64,000 bases of DNA from an uncultured Planctomycetota bacterium (GCA_963841915.1 CAWJEN010000006.1:1344001-1408000), one strand, 5' to 3'; positions 41,535 to 52,035 are shown, counted from the stretch's first letter. Numbers and translations: made by a program. Notes: generated by a model not told the origin, from the letters alone.

Positions 41535-42356
41535 TCAAGTTGGTGACGTAGTCGCCGCCTGTCTCCAGACGCCATCGGTGCCGAGCAGCTCGTAGGGGCG
41601 GAAGTCGGTCTTGTACGCCATGGCATCGCAACCTTCGACGTGGAAGCCCAAGTAGTAGAAGGCCAGCGACGTCTGCCGGCAATAGTTGAGCTCGGCCAAC
41701 GCTCCATAGATACCGAGCGACCGCCTCGGCTGGTTCGGGCAGTAGTAGAAGTAGACGCTTGACAAGACGCGGGGCCCGGCGTCGCAGATGCCGACCGCCA
41801 TCAGTTCGCCGCCGCCGTTGCGGTAGCAGAACTCGAGCGTTTCGACGGGAGAATCGTATAAGAAGTCGACGAAGCTGGGCCAGTTCAGATGGTCGCGCTC
41901 GCCGTGTCTTTGGCTTTGGTAGTGGCGGTACAGGTCGAACTTCTCGGGTGTTGGCTCGAGCTTGCCGACAGTGACGGTCAGGTCGGCGTTGCGGTTGAGG
42001 CAACGTCTGAACCGCTTGCCTGCTGTGACGTCGAAGTCGGCGACGCGACAGCGAACAGGACGGCACTCCCGACAGCTGCGGCAGGTCGGCTGATATACAA
42101 CGTGCCCGCTTCGACGAAATCCGCAGTTCATCAGCTGTTCGTAAACCTGCGGCGACATTTCGTCGGCCAGAAACGCGCGGTCTCGGGCTACACGCCCTGG
42201 CAGATACGGGCACGCATGCGGCCCGAGCTCGACGAGCGTCGCGTTGAGGTTCGGGTCGATCGACGGCCACAAACTCATCGTCTGCCCGTGCGGCACCGTC
42301 GGGACCTCGTGCCGCACCTGGAGCGGAATCAAATTGGGCGGCGGTTGCGGGTTCAT
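41535..42356 (-). CDS. bpt: Arginyltransferase-family aminoacyl-tRNA-protein transferase (bacterial Bpt)
   Basis: CPYLPGR, GFRRSG, PTCRSCREC, SSVYFYY, SLGIY, YYLGF and MAYK motifs. Start is 42356 or later. Confidence 0.9.
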   Translation of the reverse strand: MNPQPPPNLIPLQVRHEVPTVPHGQTMSLWPSIDPNLNATLVELGPHACPYLPGRVARDRAFLADEMSPQVYEQLMNCGFRRSGHVVYQPTCRSCRECRPVRCRVADFDVTAGKRFRRCLNRNADLTVTVGKLEPTPEKFDLYRHYQSQRHGERDHLNWPSFVDFLYDSPVETLEFCYRNGGGELMAVGICDAGPRVLSSVYFYYCPNQPRRSLGIYGALAELNYCRQTSLAFYYLGFHVEGCDAMAYKTDFRPYELLGTDGVWRQAATTSPT

Positions 42357-42542
42357 CGGTGAAGCTGATAACAACCTACGAAATGGTTCGGCGGCGTGGA
42401 AGCATTTCCTGCCACTCGTGGCGGTTCGTTCATAAAAAGTGTCGTCTTGTACCCCGCGTGACCCGCCAAGCGCGCTCAGCGCGTACAGACGGACGAACCG
42501 GCTCCACCTGCACAGCACGTCGTCACTACTGTGCCGTCCCGG

Positions 42543-44018
42543 ATGGACCTTGCCTTACTATTTGCCGCTGTCACCATTGCGCTCTCGATCAGCGCGTTGT
42601 GCTCGCTACTGGAGGCGACGCTTCTCAGCCTGACACCGGGCGACGTGGCGAGCCTCAAGCGGCAGCACCCGACCGCCGGGGCGATCTGGTCCGGCTTCAA
42701 GAAGAACGTCGAGCAGCCGATCAGCGTCATTTTGATCTGCAACACAGCCGCCCACACCATCGGTGCGACGGTCGCCGGTGCCGAATTCGAGAAGGTGATC
42801 GAGCGGTACTACCCGGGTTCGGGTGGCTGGAGCGTGTTCGCATTTGGTGCCGTCTTTACGATCTTGATGCTGCAGTTTACGGAGATTCTGCCCAAGACGC
42901 TTGGCGTGCGGTACAACATCGCCGTTGCCAGCGTGACGGCACGGCCGATGCGGTGGCTGGTGAAGATCATGCAGCCGGTGTTGGCAGCGGTGAAGTTCAT
43001 CAACAAGCCCTTCGAGCCGGCCGGCCATGAGGGTGGGCACGGCAAGGCCGTCAGCGTGGACGAAATCGCCACGCTTGCCGCGATGGCGCGGACGACGCAG
43101 GTCATCGACGAGCACCAGGAACGTATGATCGCCGCCGCCGGCCGGCTCAGTGACATGCGCGCTCGGCAGGTCATGACGCCGCGCAAGGACATGCACGCGA
43201 TCAAGCTGTCCGACCCGTTCGGCAGCGTGCTCAAGACGCTCCGCAGCACGCCCTACACGCGACTGCCCGTCCTGGGGGATGGCATCGACGACGTGCGAGG
43301 CAGCGTCCACCTGCGTGACGTCTTCAACGCGCTGGCGCTCGTTCCCGGCCGACTGCACATCGCTGAGAATCCGGCCAATCCTGACGAGATCAAAGCCGTT
43401 CTGCCCGATCTGCCCGGTGGTGAGCTGCACGTCATCGGCTCGGGAGAGATCGACTTGGCGTCTCTGATCCGGCCGATCCCTTTCGTGCCGGAAACGCAGC
43501 CACTCGGTGAGTTGCTCAAGCAATTCCAAGGCAGCTTCTTCGGCCGTGATGGCACCGTAGCTGACACCAAGATCGACAGTCACATCGCCATCGTCGTCGA
43601 TGAGTACGGCTCGACGCAGGGCCTTGTCACCCTCGAGGACGTGCTCGAAGAACTGGTCGGAGACATTGAAGACGAGTTCGACGCGGGTGAACGTGTTTGG
43701 CGACTCGAAGCGGTTGAGAAGTCCGGCGATGGTGCTGAAGGCGAAGCGGCCGGCCCGATGGTCAGGCTCTGGCGTGCCGACGGTGAAGTGCCGCTTCGCG
43801 AGATCGGTAGTCAGCTCAAGCTTCAAGACGAAGCCATCGCCCAGGCGGAAAGCCGCGAAACCACCACACTCGGCGGCTACGTCACACGCGAACTCGGCCG
43901 CTGGCCCAATCCCGGCGACGAGGTGCAACTGGCCGACGTCATCATTCGCGTCGACGCCGTCGAGCGTGGACAGGTGAAAGAAGCCCGCCTCGAGCGGCGT
44001 GAGGTCGCACCGGAGTAG
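42543..44018 (+). CDS. CNNM/CBS/CorC (HlyC-type) membrane protein
   Basis: CSLLEATLLS, EILPKTLG, VMTPR, YTRLPV and VVDEYGSTQGLVTLEDVLEELVGDIEDEFD motifs. Confidence 0.92.
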   Translation: MDLALLFAAVTIALSISALCSLLEATLLSLTPGDVASLKRQHPTAGAIWSGFKKNVEQPISVILICNTAAHTIGATVAGAEFEKVIERYYPGSGGWSVFAFGAVFTILMLQFTEILPKTLGVRYNIAVASVTARPMRWLVKIMQPVLAAVKFINKPFEPAGHEGGHGKAVSVDEIATLAAMARTTQVIDEHQERMIAAAGRLSDMRARQVMTPRKDMHAIKLSDPFGSVLKTLRSTPYTRLPVLGDGIDDVRGSVHLRDVFNALALVPGRLHIAENPANPDEIKAVLPDLPGGELHVIGSGEIDLASLIRPIPFVPETQPLGELLKQFQGSFFGRDGTVADTKIDSHIAIVVDEYGSTQGLVTLEDVLEELVGDIEDEFDAGERVWRLEAVEKSGDGAEGEAAGPMVRLWRADGEVPLREIGSQLKLQDEAIAQAESRETTTLGGYVTRELGRWPNPGDEVQLADVIIRVDAVERGQVKEARLERREVAPE

Positions 44019-44031
44019 GCGGACTCGACTT

Positions 44032-45465
44032 CTAAACCTTGAGCTCGGCCGAGCCGCTCAATGCGGCGGCGTATCGACTGCGAATCGGTTCAACGATGTG
44101 CTCGACGAACCGTTTCGTTTGTACCGCAGCCCGGCCGGTGAAGCGGGTCGGATCAAGCGAGGCATCGAGATCCACATCGGCGAATTGTGGGTCTCCGCGA
44201 AGCCGCTCGATGAGGTCGTTGTCTCCGCCGAGCTGCTTGACGTTGGCGGCGGCGTCCATGCTGTGGCGGCGGACGGCTTCGTGCAGCTCTTGCCGATCAC
44301 CACCCGCTTTAACGCCTGCCATGAGAATCTCCTCCGTCGCCATGAACGGCAGCTCGCTGGCGACCGTCTTCTTGACGACCGCCGGATAAACGACGAGGCC
44401 GCGGGCGACGTTGACGACGATCGCCAACGCACCGTCCAGGGCCAGGAACATCTCCGGCAGCGCCAGCCGCTTATTGGAGGAATCGTCCAGCGTCCGCTCG
44501 AGCCACTGCTCGGCTGCCGTCATGACCGGCGAGTTCGCCAGCGAGATCACGAATCGTGCTAAACCCGTCGCCCGCTCGCAACGCATCGGGTTCCGCTTGT
44601 AGGCCATCGCTGACGAGCCGACTTGCTCCTTCTCGAACGGCTCCTCGAGCTGTTTGAGCCCGGCAAGGATGCGAATGTCGTTGGCGAACTTGTGCACACT
44701 CGCTGCCACGCCGGCTAGATCACCGGCAATCGTCGCGTCGAGCTTTCGCGGATACGTCTGGCCGGTGACTGCATAGCTTTGCCCGAATTCAAAGGCATTG
44801 CGGACTAAATCATCGAGTTGATCGACCTTGTCGCCGTCGTTATCGAAGAGCGTCAGGAACGAAGCCTGCGTGCCGGTTGTTCCCTTGACGCCGCGGAACT
44901 TGAGCACGCTTGCCCGCCGTTCGAGTTCTTCCAGGTCGGCCGCAAAGTCCTGGGCCCACAGCGTTGCCCGCTTACCGACAGTCGTGAGTTGGGCCGGCTG
45001 AAAGTGTGTGTAGCCGAGCGTCGGCAGATCCTTCCACTCGCTGGCGAACGTGCCGAGTGCATCGACGGCTTGGGCCAATTTCCCGCAGAGCACGCGGATC
45101 GCGTCACGCATCAGGATCAGCTCGGCGTTGTCGACGACGTACTGGCTGGTCGCCCCGAGATGGATGATGCCTTTGGCCGCCGGTGCGACGGTTTCAAAGG
45201 TGTGCACGTGAGCCATCACGTCGTGGCGAAGCCGCTTCTCCCAGTCGGCGGCAACAGAGTAGTCGATGTCGTCGAGGTGCTCACGCATCTGCTGGAGCGC
45301 TTCGTCACTGATGCGGCTGATACCCAGACGCTGTTCTCCCTCGGCGAGTGTGAGCCACAACCGCCGCCAGAGACCGAACTTGGCAGCCGGTGAGAAAAGC
45401 CGAAGCATCTCGGGCGTCGCGTTGCGGGCGGCGAGTGGTGATTCGTACGTGTTCGGATCCGTCAC
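44032..45465 (-). CDS. purB: Adenylosuccinate lyase
   Basis: RHDVMAH, IHLGATS, THFQPAQ and GSSAMAYKRNPM motifs. Confidence 0.97.
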   Translation of the reverse strand: MTDPNTYESPLAARNATPEMLRLFSPAAKFGLWRRLWLTLAEGEQRLGISRISDEALQQMREHLDDIDYSVAADWEKRLRHDVMAHVHTFETVAPAAKGIIHLGATSQYVVDNAELILMRDAIRVLCGKLAQAVDALGTFASEWKDLPTLGYTHFQPAQLTTVGKRATLWAQDFAADLEELERRASVLKFRGVKGTTGTQASFLTLFDNDGDKVDQLDDLVRNAFEFGQSYAVTGQTYPRKLDATIAGDLAGVAASVHKFANDIRILAGLKQLEEPFEKEQVGSSAMAYKRNPMRCERATGLARFVISLANSPVMTAAEQWLERTLDDSSNKRLALPEMFLALDGALAIVVNVARGLVVYPAVVKKTVASELPFMATEEILMAGVKAGGDRQELHEAVRRHSMDAAANVKQLGGDNDLIERLRGDPQFADVDLDASLDPTRFTGRAAVQTKRFVEHIVEPIRSRYAAALSGSAELKV

Positions 45466-45474
45466 GCCGGCAGG

Positions 45475-46329
45475 TTAGTCGTGCGTCATCCGCCGCGCGA
45501 TGTCGTCGAGAATGCGGTTGTCACCGAAGATGCCGGAATGACCGCTTTGCCAAAAGGGAACTGGCAGGCGAATTTCAACGGCACGTGGTGCCAGGTGGTC
45601 GGGAACCATGAGACCAGTCTCACCGATCGTGCGGTCTTGGTCGCGGCTGTAGGCGACGAGGTTGTACTGTCGGCAGGCCGGTGCGACGCGCTCGCGGCGG
45701 GTCAGTGTGCCCAGGAACGCACTGCCCGACCGCATCTGTCGGCCCGCGCCGAAGAAGTCAAAGAAGCCGAACCGGTCTGCCAGCGACGCCCCGCCGTGCG
45801 GCGTGCCGAGGGTGTACAGCGTGTGCACGTTGAGCCGTGACCCGTTTTTGAAGGTCGCCGCATGCCGTGCAACGAGGCCGCCCATGCTGACGGCGACGAC
45901 ATCGACTTCCGCATCTTTGCCAAATTGTTCTTCGACCGCTTCTATGACTTGCGTTGCCGCACGATCGAAGCTGCGGGCAAAGCCGGGACTAACCCCAAGG
46001 ATGGGCCGGTCATCTCCGAGCCGCTTGCGAAGTCCCTTGCTCGTGAACTTTGCCGCAAGCCCTGGATCAGCCCAGCCGCCGATGACCACGATGGGTCTCG
46101 CTTCTGCACTGCCTTCCTTATACGTCGAGCAGCCACCCAGCAGAAAACTGACGAGTATCAGGAGAACCCCCAGAGCCGCGGTCCCACGGACCGCCGGTCT
46201 GACGATGAACAAAGCACCGCCTTCGTGTGCTCCGGGCTGGGCACGCCTGCCTGGAGCACACGCCCCCAGTGCTTCCCACATCTCCAGGCCGGCGGTTCGT
46301 GGGACCGCGGCTGAGGGGTTCTCGCTCAT
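45475..46329 (-). CDS. Alpha/beta hydrolase (lipase/PGAP1-like), probable lipoprotein
   Basis: Lipobox-like LLGGC, VAVSMGGLVAR nucleophile elbow, LGTPHGG motif. Start uncertain. Confidence 0.8.
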   Translation of the reverse strand: MSENPSAAVPRTAGLEMWEALGACAPGRRAQPGAHEGGALFIVRPAVRGTAALGVLLILVSFLLGGCSTYKEGSAEARPIVVIGGWADPGLAAKFTSKGLRKRLGDDRPILGVSPGFARSFDRAATQVIEAVEEQFGKDAEVDVVAVSMGGLVARHAATFKNGSRLNVHTLYTLGTPHGGASLADRFGFFDFFGAGRQMRSGSAFLGTLTRRERVAPACRQYNLVAYSRDQDRTIGETGLMVPDHLAPRAVEIRLPVPFWQSGHSGIFGDNRILDDIARRMTHD

Positions 46330-46949
46330 GCCTTCACCGCCGAGGTGGCATTGAAGGTGCGGCCTTCGATGATGTACTTCCGCTCGAAGTTCGTTCCAAC
46401 GAATTCGCCGCCTTCGATGTCCGTCGGCGGCTCATAGGGCACGACCTGCATCGGCCCTTCCTTGAACACGCGGTCGATCTGCTCCCAATAATCGGCATGG
46501 TCCGTCACCGCGTTGACGCGGCCGCCAGGCACGAGGATTCGTTCGACCTCTTCCAGGAACGGCGGCTGGATCAGCCGCCTGCGGTTGTGCCTCGCCTTAG
46601 GCCACGGGTCGGGGAAGTAGATGTGCACCATGCTAATCGACGCGTCAGCGAGGTGGTCACGGACGAACACGCCCGCGTCGTAGCGGAGCATGCGGGCATT
46701 AGCCTCGCAGCCGTTGCGTCGCAACCGATCGCACGTGTACCGCCAGTAGAAGCGAGCCCACTCGACGCCAAGGAAGTTGACGTCAGGCCGCCGCATCGCT
46801 TCGCGGGTGATGAAGGTGCCCTTGCCGCAGCCGATTTCCAGCTCAACGGGTCGGTCGTTGCCGAAGGTCTTGGCCAGGTCCATCGGCTCGGGAATGCCTT
46901 CTTCGGGTAGCGCGATGGGCTCGACGACAAGGTCACGTTTTACCTGCAT
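46326..46949 (-). CDS. trmB: tRNA (guanine-N7)-methyltransferase
   Basis: LEIGCGKG, FPDPWPKARHNRRR, TDHADY and TNFERKY motifs. Start reassigned to 46949. Confidence 0.95.
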   Translation of the reverse strand: MQVKRDLVVEPIALPEEGIPEPMDLAKTFGNDRPVELEIGCGKGTFITREAMRRPDVNFLGVEWARFYWRYTCDRLRRNGCEANARMLRYDAGVFVRDHLADASISMVHIYFPDPWPKARHNRRRLIQPPFLEEVERILVPGGRVNAVTDHADYWEQIDRVFKEGPMQVVPYEPPTDIEGGEFVGTNFERKYIIEGRTFNATSAVKA

Positions 46950-47331
46950 GAGACGGCGACTGTAGAAGGCTCTTGGCCCGCCGCCGACGCTCCCGCCGAC
47001 GAGCAGCATTCGTCCGCCGCGTGTTCCGCAAGGTGGTTCGGACGGACCACGCGAGCACGCCCAAGCCGACCACCGCCAGGGCGAACAGGCCCGTCGTTGA
47101 AAGGCGTGAGCTGAACGCCTCCAGCAGGTACCCGAAGAACAAGACAACGATCCCGCCGACGCTCAGCGCCAGCGGGAGAAACGACAGATCAATAGGTTCA
47201 TCCGCGTGCTCTGCCACGCCGACGTCGAGCAGGTTGACGCCGCACTCTGGACAGGCCGACGACGCTGCCGCGCTGACGTCGTACTTGCACTTTGCGCAGC
47301 AGCCGATGAGCGGTCGGACATCGTGCGTCAC
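46933..47331 (-). CDS. Hypothetical membrane protein with an N-terminal Zn-ribbon
   Basis: CAKCKYDV...CPECG, two TM helices and a basic tail. Confidence 0.65.
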   Translation of the reverse strand: MTHDVRPLIGCCAKCKYDVSAAASSACPECGVNLLDVGVAEHADEPIDLSFLPLALSVGGIVVLFFGYLLEAFSSRLSTTGLFALAVVGLGVLAWSVRTTLRNTRRTNAARRRERRRRAKSLLQSPSHAGKT

Positions 47332-47338
47332 CGTGAGG

Positions 47339-47737
47339 TCAGTTGGCCTCGTTCAGGCCGCTACGGATGGCGTCGGAAATAGTTGCTTCAAGCGCTTCGT
47401 CTTCGGGGTCATCGACCGTCACGGCGACGTTCACCTCGCCGTTGACGCCCGCTTTGGTGATGGAAACCGCTACGTCTGAGCCATCTTCGGACTCGCCGCT
47501 GATCAACACGACACCTGCTGCACGAGCGCCGAATCCGCTCATCACCTTCTCAGCAGCCTCGTTGAGCCTGATGTTGTTGGCGGCCAAGGCAGAGCGAGCG
47601 GCGGCCTCGGCGGCTTCGAGCCCGCTTGTCGCCTCGATCATGGTCGCATTGGACGACTCGCTTGACGATGCGCAACCGCCAGCAACGAGGCTAAGGGCGA
47701 CGACGGCCGAGGCAGCGAGTTTGCTGAGTGTGGTCAT
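47339..47737 (-). CDS. Hypothetical lipoprotein
   Basis: MTTLSKLAASAVVALSLVAGGC lipobox. Start at 47737. Confidence 0.7.
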   Translation of the reverse strand: MTTLSKLAASAVVALSLVAGGCASSSESSNATMIEATSGLEAAEAAARSALAANNIRLNEAAEKVMSGFGARAAGVVLISGESEDGSDVAVSITKAGVNGEVNVAVTVDDPEDEALEATISDAIRSGLNEAN

Positions 47738-47808
47738 GCCGCCATGTCTACCAAAGACCGCCACCGGGGCCAAGGGGCAACATTTTGAGGAAATGGATCG
47801 ACCGATCG

Positions 47809-49377
47809 TCACGCTTCAGCCCGACTTGCGGCGGCTTTGTCGGCGGCGAGCACGCTGCCGTCCTTCTCGGCATGGATCTGCTCGACCGTCCGCGGCTCGC
47901 GACGCGTGCTGCCACGCCAGTCACGCAGCGGCACACGCGTTCCTGCCGCTTCGTGCTTCGACAGTCGATCCGCAGCGGCGTCGATTGACGTCGCTTCGTA
48001 GTTCGGCAGCCATTCGCGCCCCGCCACCAGCATCTCGTCGACCATCTGCCAGATCTCTTCCGGCTCACACACCGCCGCCGACAACGGATCGTGCAGCACC
48101 GCCTGCTTGAGCAGCGTGACATCACCCGATACGGCCGCATCTTTGGCCATCCGCTGCACGTTGACGCTTGCGATGCACGTTGCGGCACACGCCTGACTGA
48201 GCTTCAAGCCTGCCGCCATCTGGATGCCGGTCGCGTCGACGTAGCCGGGCGCTTCGATCACACAGTCACTCGGCAAGCTGGCGATCACGCCGTTGTTGCG
48301 GACGTTAAAGTGCCCGCGGTAAGGGCGGTTTGTCTCGCGGGATTCGATGATGTAGCTGCCGTGCTCGCTGGAGCGTTTCCACTCGCTCATTGGCTGGCCG
48401 GCTTCGCTGAGAAACTGCTCGTAGTCGGCTGCGAACAGCTGACGGCCCTCTGTGGTGACGCGCAGGTAGCCACCCGTCTCGCCGTTGATCCACGAGTCAG
48501 GGCCGACCCATCGTTCTGCTCGTTCGGGGCGGTCGGCAAAATGCTTTCGGTACCACGGCACGTACTCGCTCAGGTGGCCGTTGCTCTCGGTCGAGTAGAA
48601 GCCGAAGCGTCTGAGCACGTCGACGCGAACCGGCTCACGCCGGAGGATCTTTGCATGTTGCTCGAAGGCTTCGAGCAGCTCATCGCTGCCGACTTCGCGG
48701 CCTTTGTACAAGATTTTGGTGTACCACGTCTGGTGGTTGATGCCGGCACAGACGACCTGCGTGCGGTCGTGGTAGTTGCCACCCCACTCGACAAAGTCGT
48801 CGCCGTGCAGGTTGGCCAGGACCTGGTCGATTTGCCACCAGCCGCCTTCGACGCCGTGACACAGGCCAACCGTGTCAACGCCTTCACCACGGTCGTAGGC
48901 GTCGAGGGCCGCCCACGTGTTCATCACCATCGGGTTGGCGTAGTTGAGGAACAAGCAACCGTCGGCCGCGACGGCCTTGGCATCCCGCTGAAACGCCAGC
49001 ATCTGCGGCACGTTCCGCTGGCCGTACATGATCCCGCCCGCGCACAAGGTGTCACCAACGCACTGATCAATGCCATACTTCAGCGGAATGTCGATGTCCG
49101 TTGCAAAGGCTTCGAGACCGCCGATGCGGACGCAGCTGATGACATAGTTCGCACTATCGAGGGCCTCGCGACGGTCCAGGTGCTTCGACACCGTTGCAGG
49201 TAGGCCGTTGCCCTCGATTTCGCGTGTCAGGATGGCGTGCATGCGATTAAGCGCGACGGGATCGATGTCGTGCAACGCAAAGTCTGCCTCCCGCAGTTCC
49301 GGCACGAGCAACACATCGCGGACCAGCGTCCGCGTAAAGCCGAATGAGCCGGCACCGATAAATGCGATCTTCACCAC
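47809..49377 (-). CDS. Glycoside hydrolase family 4 (alpha-galactosidase/glucosidase)
   Basis: KIAFIGAGS, IPLKYGIDQCVGDT, LNYANPM, GLCHG, AGINH and TESNGHLSEY motifs. Confidence 0.95.
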   Translation of the reverse strand: MVKIAFIGAGSFGFTRTLVRDVLLVPELREADFALHDIDPVALNRMHAILTREIEGNGLPATVSKHLDRREALDSANYVISCVRIGGLEAFATDIDIPLKYGIDQCVGDTLCAGGIMYGQRNVPQMLAFQRDAKAVAADGCLFLNYANPMVMNTWAALDAYDRGEGVDTVGLCHGVEGGWWQIDQVLANLHGDDFVEWGGNYHDRTQVVCAGINHQTWYTKILYKGREVGSDELLEAFEQHAKILRREPVRVDVLRRFGFYSTESNGHLSEYVPWYRKHFADRPERAERWVGPDSWINGETGGYLRVTTEGRQLFAADYEQFLSEAGQPMSEWKRSSEHGSYIIESRETNRPYRGHFNVRNNGVIASLPSDCVIEAPGYVDATGIQMAAGLKLSQACAATCIASVNVQRMAKDAAVSGDVTLLKQAVLHDPLSAAVCEPEEIWQMVDEMLVAGREWLPNYEATSIDAAADRLSKHEAAGTRVPLRDWRGSTRREPRTVEQIHAEKDGSVLAADKAAASRAEA

Positions 49378-49410
49378 GCATTCATTGTTGGCTGTCGGCG
49401 GCTAGCGAAC

Positions 49411-51213
49411 TTATCGCCGACGCAGGGCCAGCAGGCCACCGACGCTGAGCATCAGCAGTGCGGTCGGCTCGGGAACGGTCGCGGCCCAGGCGTCGATGAG
49501 GTTGAACTGCTGCGTCGTGCCACCGAAATTGGCCCTAAGCACGGCAAAGTCGAGAATCGAGACGGTGCCGTCACGGTTGAAGTCACCGCCTTCGAAGCCG
49601 ACGTCGCCGGATCCAAAATTGCCGCGGAGCAGGGCAAAATCTAGGATGGAGACCGTTCCGTCACCGTTAGCGTCACCGGCGAGGCGGACCTCGCCGGTGA
49701 GGTTGAGCGTGAGCATCTCGCCGATTCCGCCGCCCAGCACGTTGTCGGCGTCGCTGGTTCCGATGCCGAAGATGGCCGAGAAGCTGCCGAACAGGTTGTC
49801 GGTCAGCGTCGCCAGGAAGCTGCCGGACATGCCGGCGGCGATGTCGTCGGCGTCGGCGGTTGCGGTGAAGACGCCGTTGTCGCCGGAGAGGAACGTGGCC
49901 CCATCAAGGTCGAGGCCGGCGACGAACGCGCTGCCGACGTTGAACGCATCAAGGTTGAAGACGTCACCAGTGAGCGACAGGTCGCCCAGACCGTTGCCGA
50001 TGATGCCGAAGTCGAGCGTGAGCGACTCGTCGTCCAGGTCGGCGGCGAAGGAGGCGTTGCTGCCGACGACGGTGGTAGCCGAGAGGTTGATGGTGTCGTT
50101 GCCGTCGTTGTCACCGCGGCCGACACCGCCCTGCGTGGTGACGTCGAGGTTGTCGATGGTGACAGTGCCGCTCGTCGTACCGAGCATGGCGGCGGCGTCG
50201 GCGGGCAGGCTGACGTCGATCTGTTGCGACCCGTTTCCGCCCATGACAAACGCGTTGTAGCGGCCGTTGACGCTGCTGATCGCGTCGCCGTCGGCCGTAA
50301 CGCTGTAGTACGTGCCGTCGAAGCCCGTCTTGTTGAGCGTGACCGTCTGCGTCGCGTCGAGCGTGCTGCCGAGGAGCACCTTACCGAAGTCGACGTCGAG
50401 TGACGACGAACCGTCTGCCGACGTGGTGCCACCGGCCAGACTCAGCGACGTGTCGTTCTCCTGGTCGACAAAGACGCTCCAGACGTACTCGGGCCGATCG
50501 ATGTAGGCATTGCGGTTGTTCGTGTAGAAGTCGTGGATGACGTCGTTGCGGCGGCGTTCGAAGGTGTCGGGGGCATCCTCATAATGCCAGCGCACGAGGG
50601 AAGAAAGATCACCCATCTCGCGATTACCGACATTGCCGGTGCCTTCGACGAGCTTCAGGCCGTCATCTTCCCAGCGAGTAGCGGCGTAGAAAGCGATGCG
50701 GGAGACGTCGCCCTTGTCTGCGTCGCCGGGGTAAAAGTACGCACCGACCTGACGCGCGCTTCCGCTGGTGGTATCCAATCCGAAGCTGAGATTGCTGCGT
50801 TCGGAGTTGATGGACTGCTCGGCCGGCTTAAGCATGTGGACGTCGCCGTAACGGCCGGCGGTGCCGTTGTTGCCGTTGATGCCCTGACGGCTGGCCGGCC
50901 AGACGTGCTCGCGGCTTTCGTAGTTACCGCTCTGCCACGTGTCGTCGTTGCTCTCGCGGGTGTAGACGAGCAGCATGCGACCGGCATCGTTCGGATCCTC
51001 ATCCGTCAGCGGCAGGATGTAGCGCACGGCTCCGTAGGTCGTCTGCTGGTGTCCAAGTTTCAGACGTGCCTCGAGCGAGTTCATGAGCGTCATGCCCGTG
51101 CCGCTGATGTTGTCGTAGTACGAGCCTGCGTCGTACGGATCGACCTGCGCCGAGGCCGGCGCGGCGAAGGAAGAGGCAACAAGAGCGACGGCGGTAAAAA
51201 GGCGGCGATTCAT
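49411..51213 (-). CDS. Secreted endonuclease I (EndA/Bsn-like) with dockerin-like repeats and a PEP-CTERM tail
   Basis: Signal peptide; REHVWP, DVHMLKP, NSERSN, KGDVSR and NRNAYIDRPE motifs; GDANGDGTVSILDF-type repeat twice; VPEP...LRRR tail. Confidence 0.9.
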   Translation of the reverse strand: MNRRLFTAVALVASSFAAPASAQVDPYDAGSYYDNISGTGMTLMNSLEARLKLGHQQTTYGAVRYILPLTDEDPNDAGRMLLVYTRESNDDTWQSGNYESREHVWPASRQGINGNNGTAGRYGDVHMLKPAEQSINSERSNLSFGLDTTSGSARQVGAYFYPGDADKGDVSRIAFYAATRWEDDGLKLVEGTGNVGNREMGDLSSLVRWHYEDAPDTFERRRNDVIHDFYTNNRNAYIDRPEYVWSVFVDQENDTSLSLAGGTTSADGSSSLDVDFGKVLLGSTLDATQTVTLNKTGFDGTYYSVTADGDAISSVNGRYNAFVMGGNGSQQIDVSLPADAAAMLGTTSGTVTIDNLDVTTQGGVGRGDNDGNDTINLSATTVVGSNASFAADLDDESLTLDFGIIGNGLGDLSLTGDVFNLDAFNVGSAFVAGLDLDGATFLSGDNGVFTATADADDIAAGMSGSFLATLTDNLFGSFSAIFGIGTSDADNVLGGGIGEMLTLNLTGEVRLAGDANGDGTVSILDFALLRGNFGSGDVGFEGGDFNRDGTVSILDFAVLRANFGGTTQQFNLIDAWAATVPEPTALLMLSVGGLLALRRR

Positions 51214-51333
51214 AACGTGGCAGCAGCAGCTTAAACGCCGCCGCGGGTGCGGGCGTTCGCTTCAACAGCTTCGAAAGATGCAGTCACCCGCAAACAGGTG
51301 AGACTTGGTTGGTCTGTCCAGCTTGAACCAGGC

Positions 51334-51963
51334 TCAAGCCGTCTCGCGGGTGACGATCGGGTAATCCTCGCGCTCACCGACGCCGCGCAGCGGGTAATCC
51401 TTACGGAGCGGGCGAGCGTTGTAACCGTTCCAGGTCAGCAGCCGGCGCAGATCGGGGTGGCCGCGAAAGACGATGCCGAACATGTCGTACGCCTCGCGCT
51501 CGGGCCACTCAGCACCGGGGTAAACGCCCGTTACGCTGTCGATCATCAGGCCCGGATCGCCCTGCTCGAAGGCGTCCTCGTCGTTGAACTCGCTCTCGCC
51601 GGGCGCTGTCGAACGCTCGGGGTCGAGGAAGACTTTCAGCCACAGGCGTGTGTTGCTCTCGAAGCTCGTCACGCCGTACGTGACGCCGAATCGCCCGGGC
51701 GAGCCGCCGGGGTACTTGAGATAGTCGATTGCGTTGAGCTCGTGGAGCAGGTCGTACCGCAGTGCCTCGTCATCCCGCAGGAATGTCAAAACATCAACGA
51801 TCTTGTCGCGCGGCACGCGGACGGTGACCATGTCGCGGAACTCACCGGCGGCCAAGCCTGCACCGGCAAACTCGGCCTTGAGCGGCTCCAGCGCCGGGTG
51901 GCTGTCCGCGCGGACGGGTCGGACGGCGGCGTTGGTGCCGCGATTGGTCGCCGGAATAGACAT
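51334..51963 (-). CDS. nuoC: NADH-quinone oxidoreductase subunit C (stand-alone)
   Basis: AEWPEREAYDMFGIVFRGHPDLRRLL...PLRKDYPL motif. Confidence 0.93.
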   Translation of the reverse strand: MSIPATNRGTNAAVRPVRADSHPALEPLKAEFAGAGLAAGEFRDMVTVRVPRDKIVDVLTFLRDDEALRYDLLHELNAIDYLKYPGGSPGRFGVTYGVTSFESNTRLWLKVFLDPERSTAPGESEFNDEDAFEQGDPGLMIDSVTGVYPGAEWPEREAYDMFGIVFRGHPDLRRLLTWNGYNARPLRKDYPLRGVGEREDYPIVTRETA

Positions 51964-52035
51964 GTGGCCAATCATTAAGGTCGCGACGGCCCAGAATCAA
52001 ACCCGTTTCGCGTGTCGAATGCGCTTCAGTGCCAA

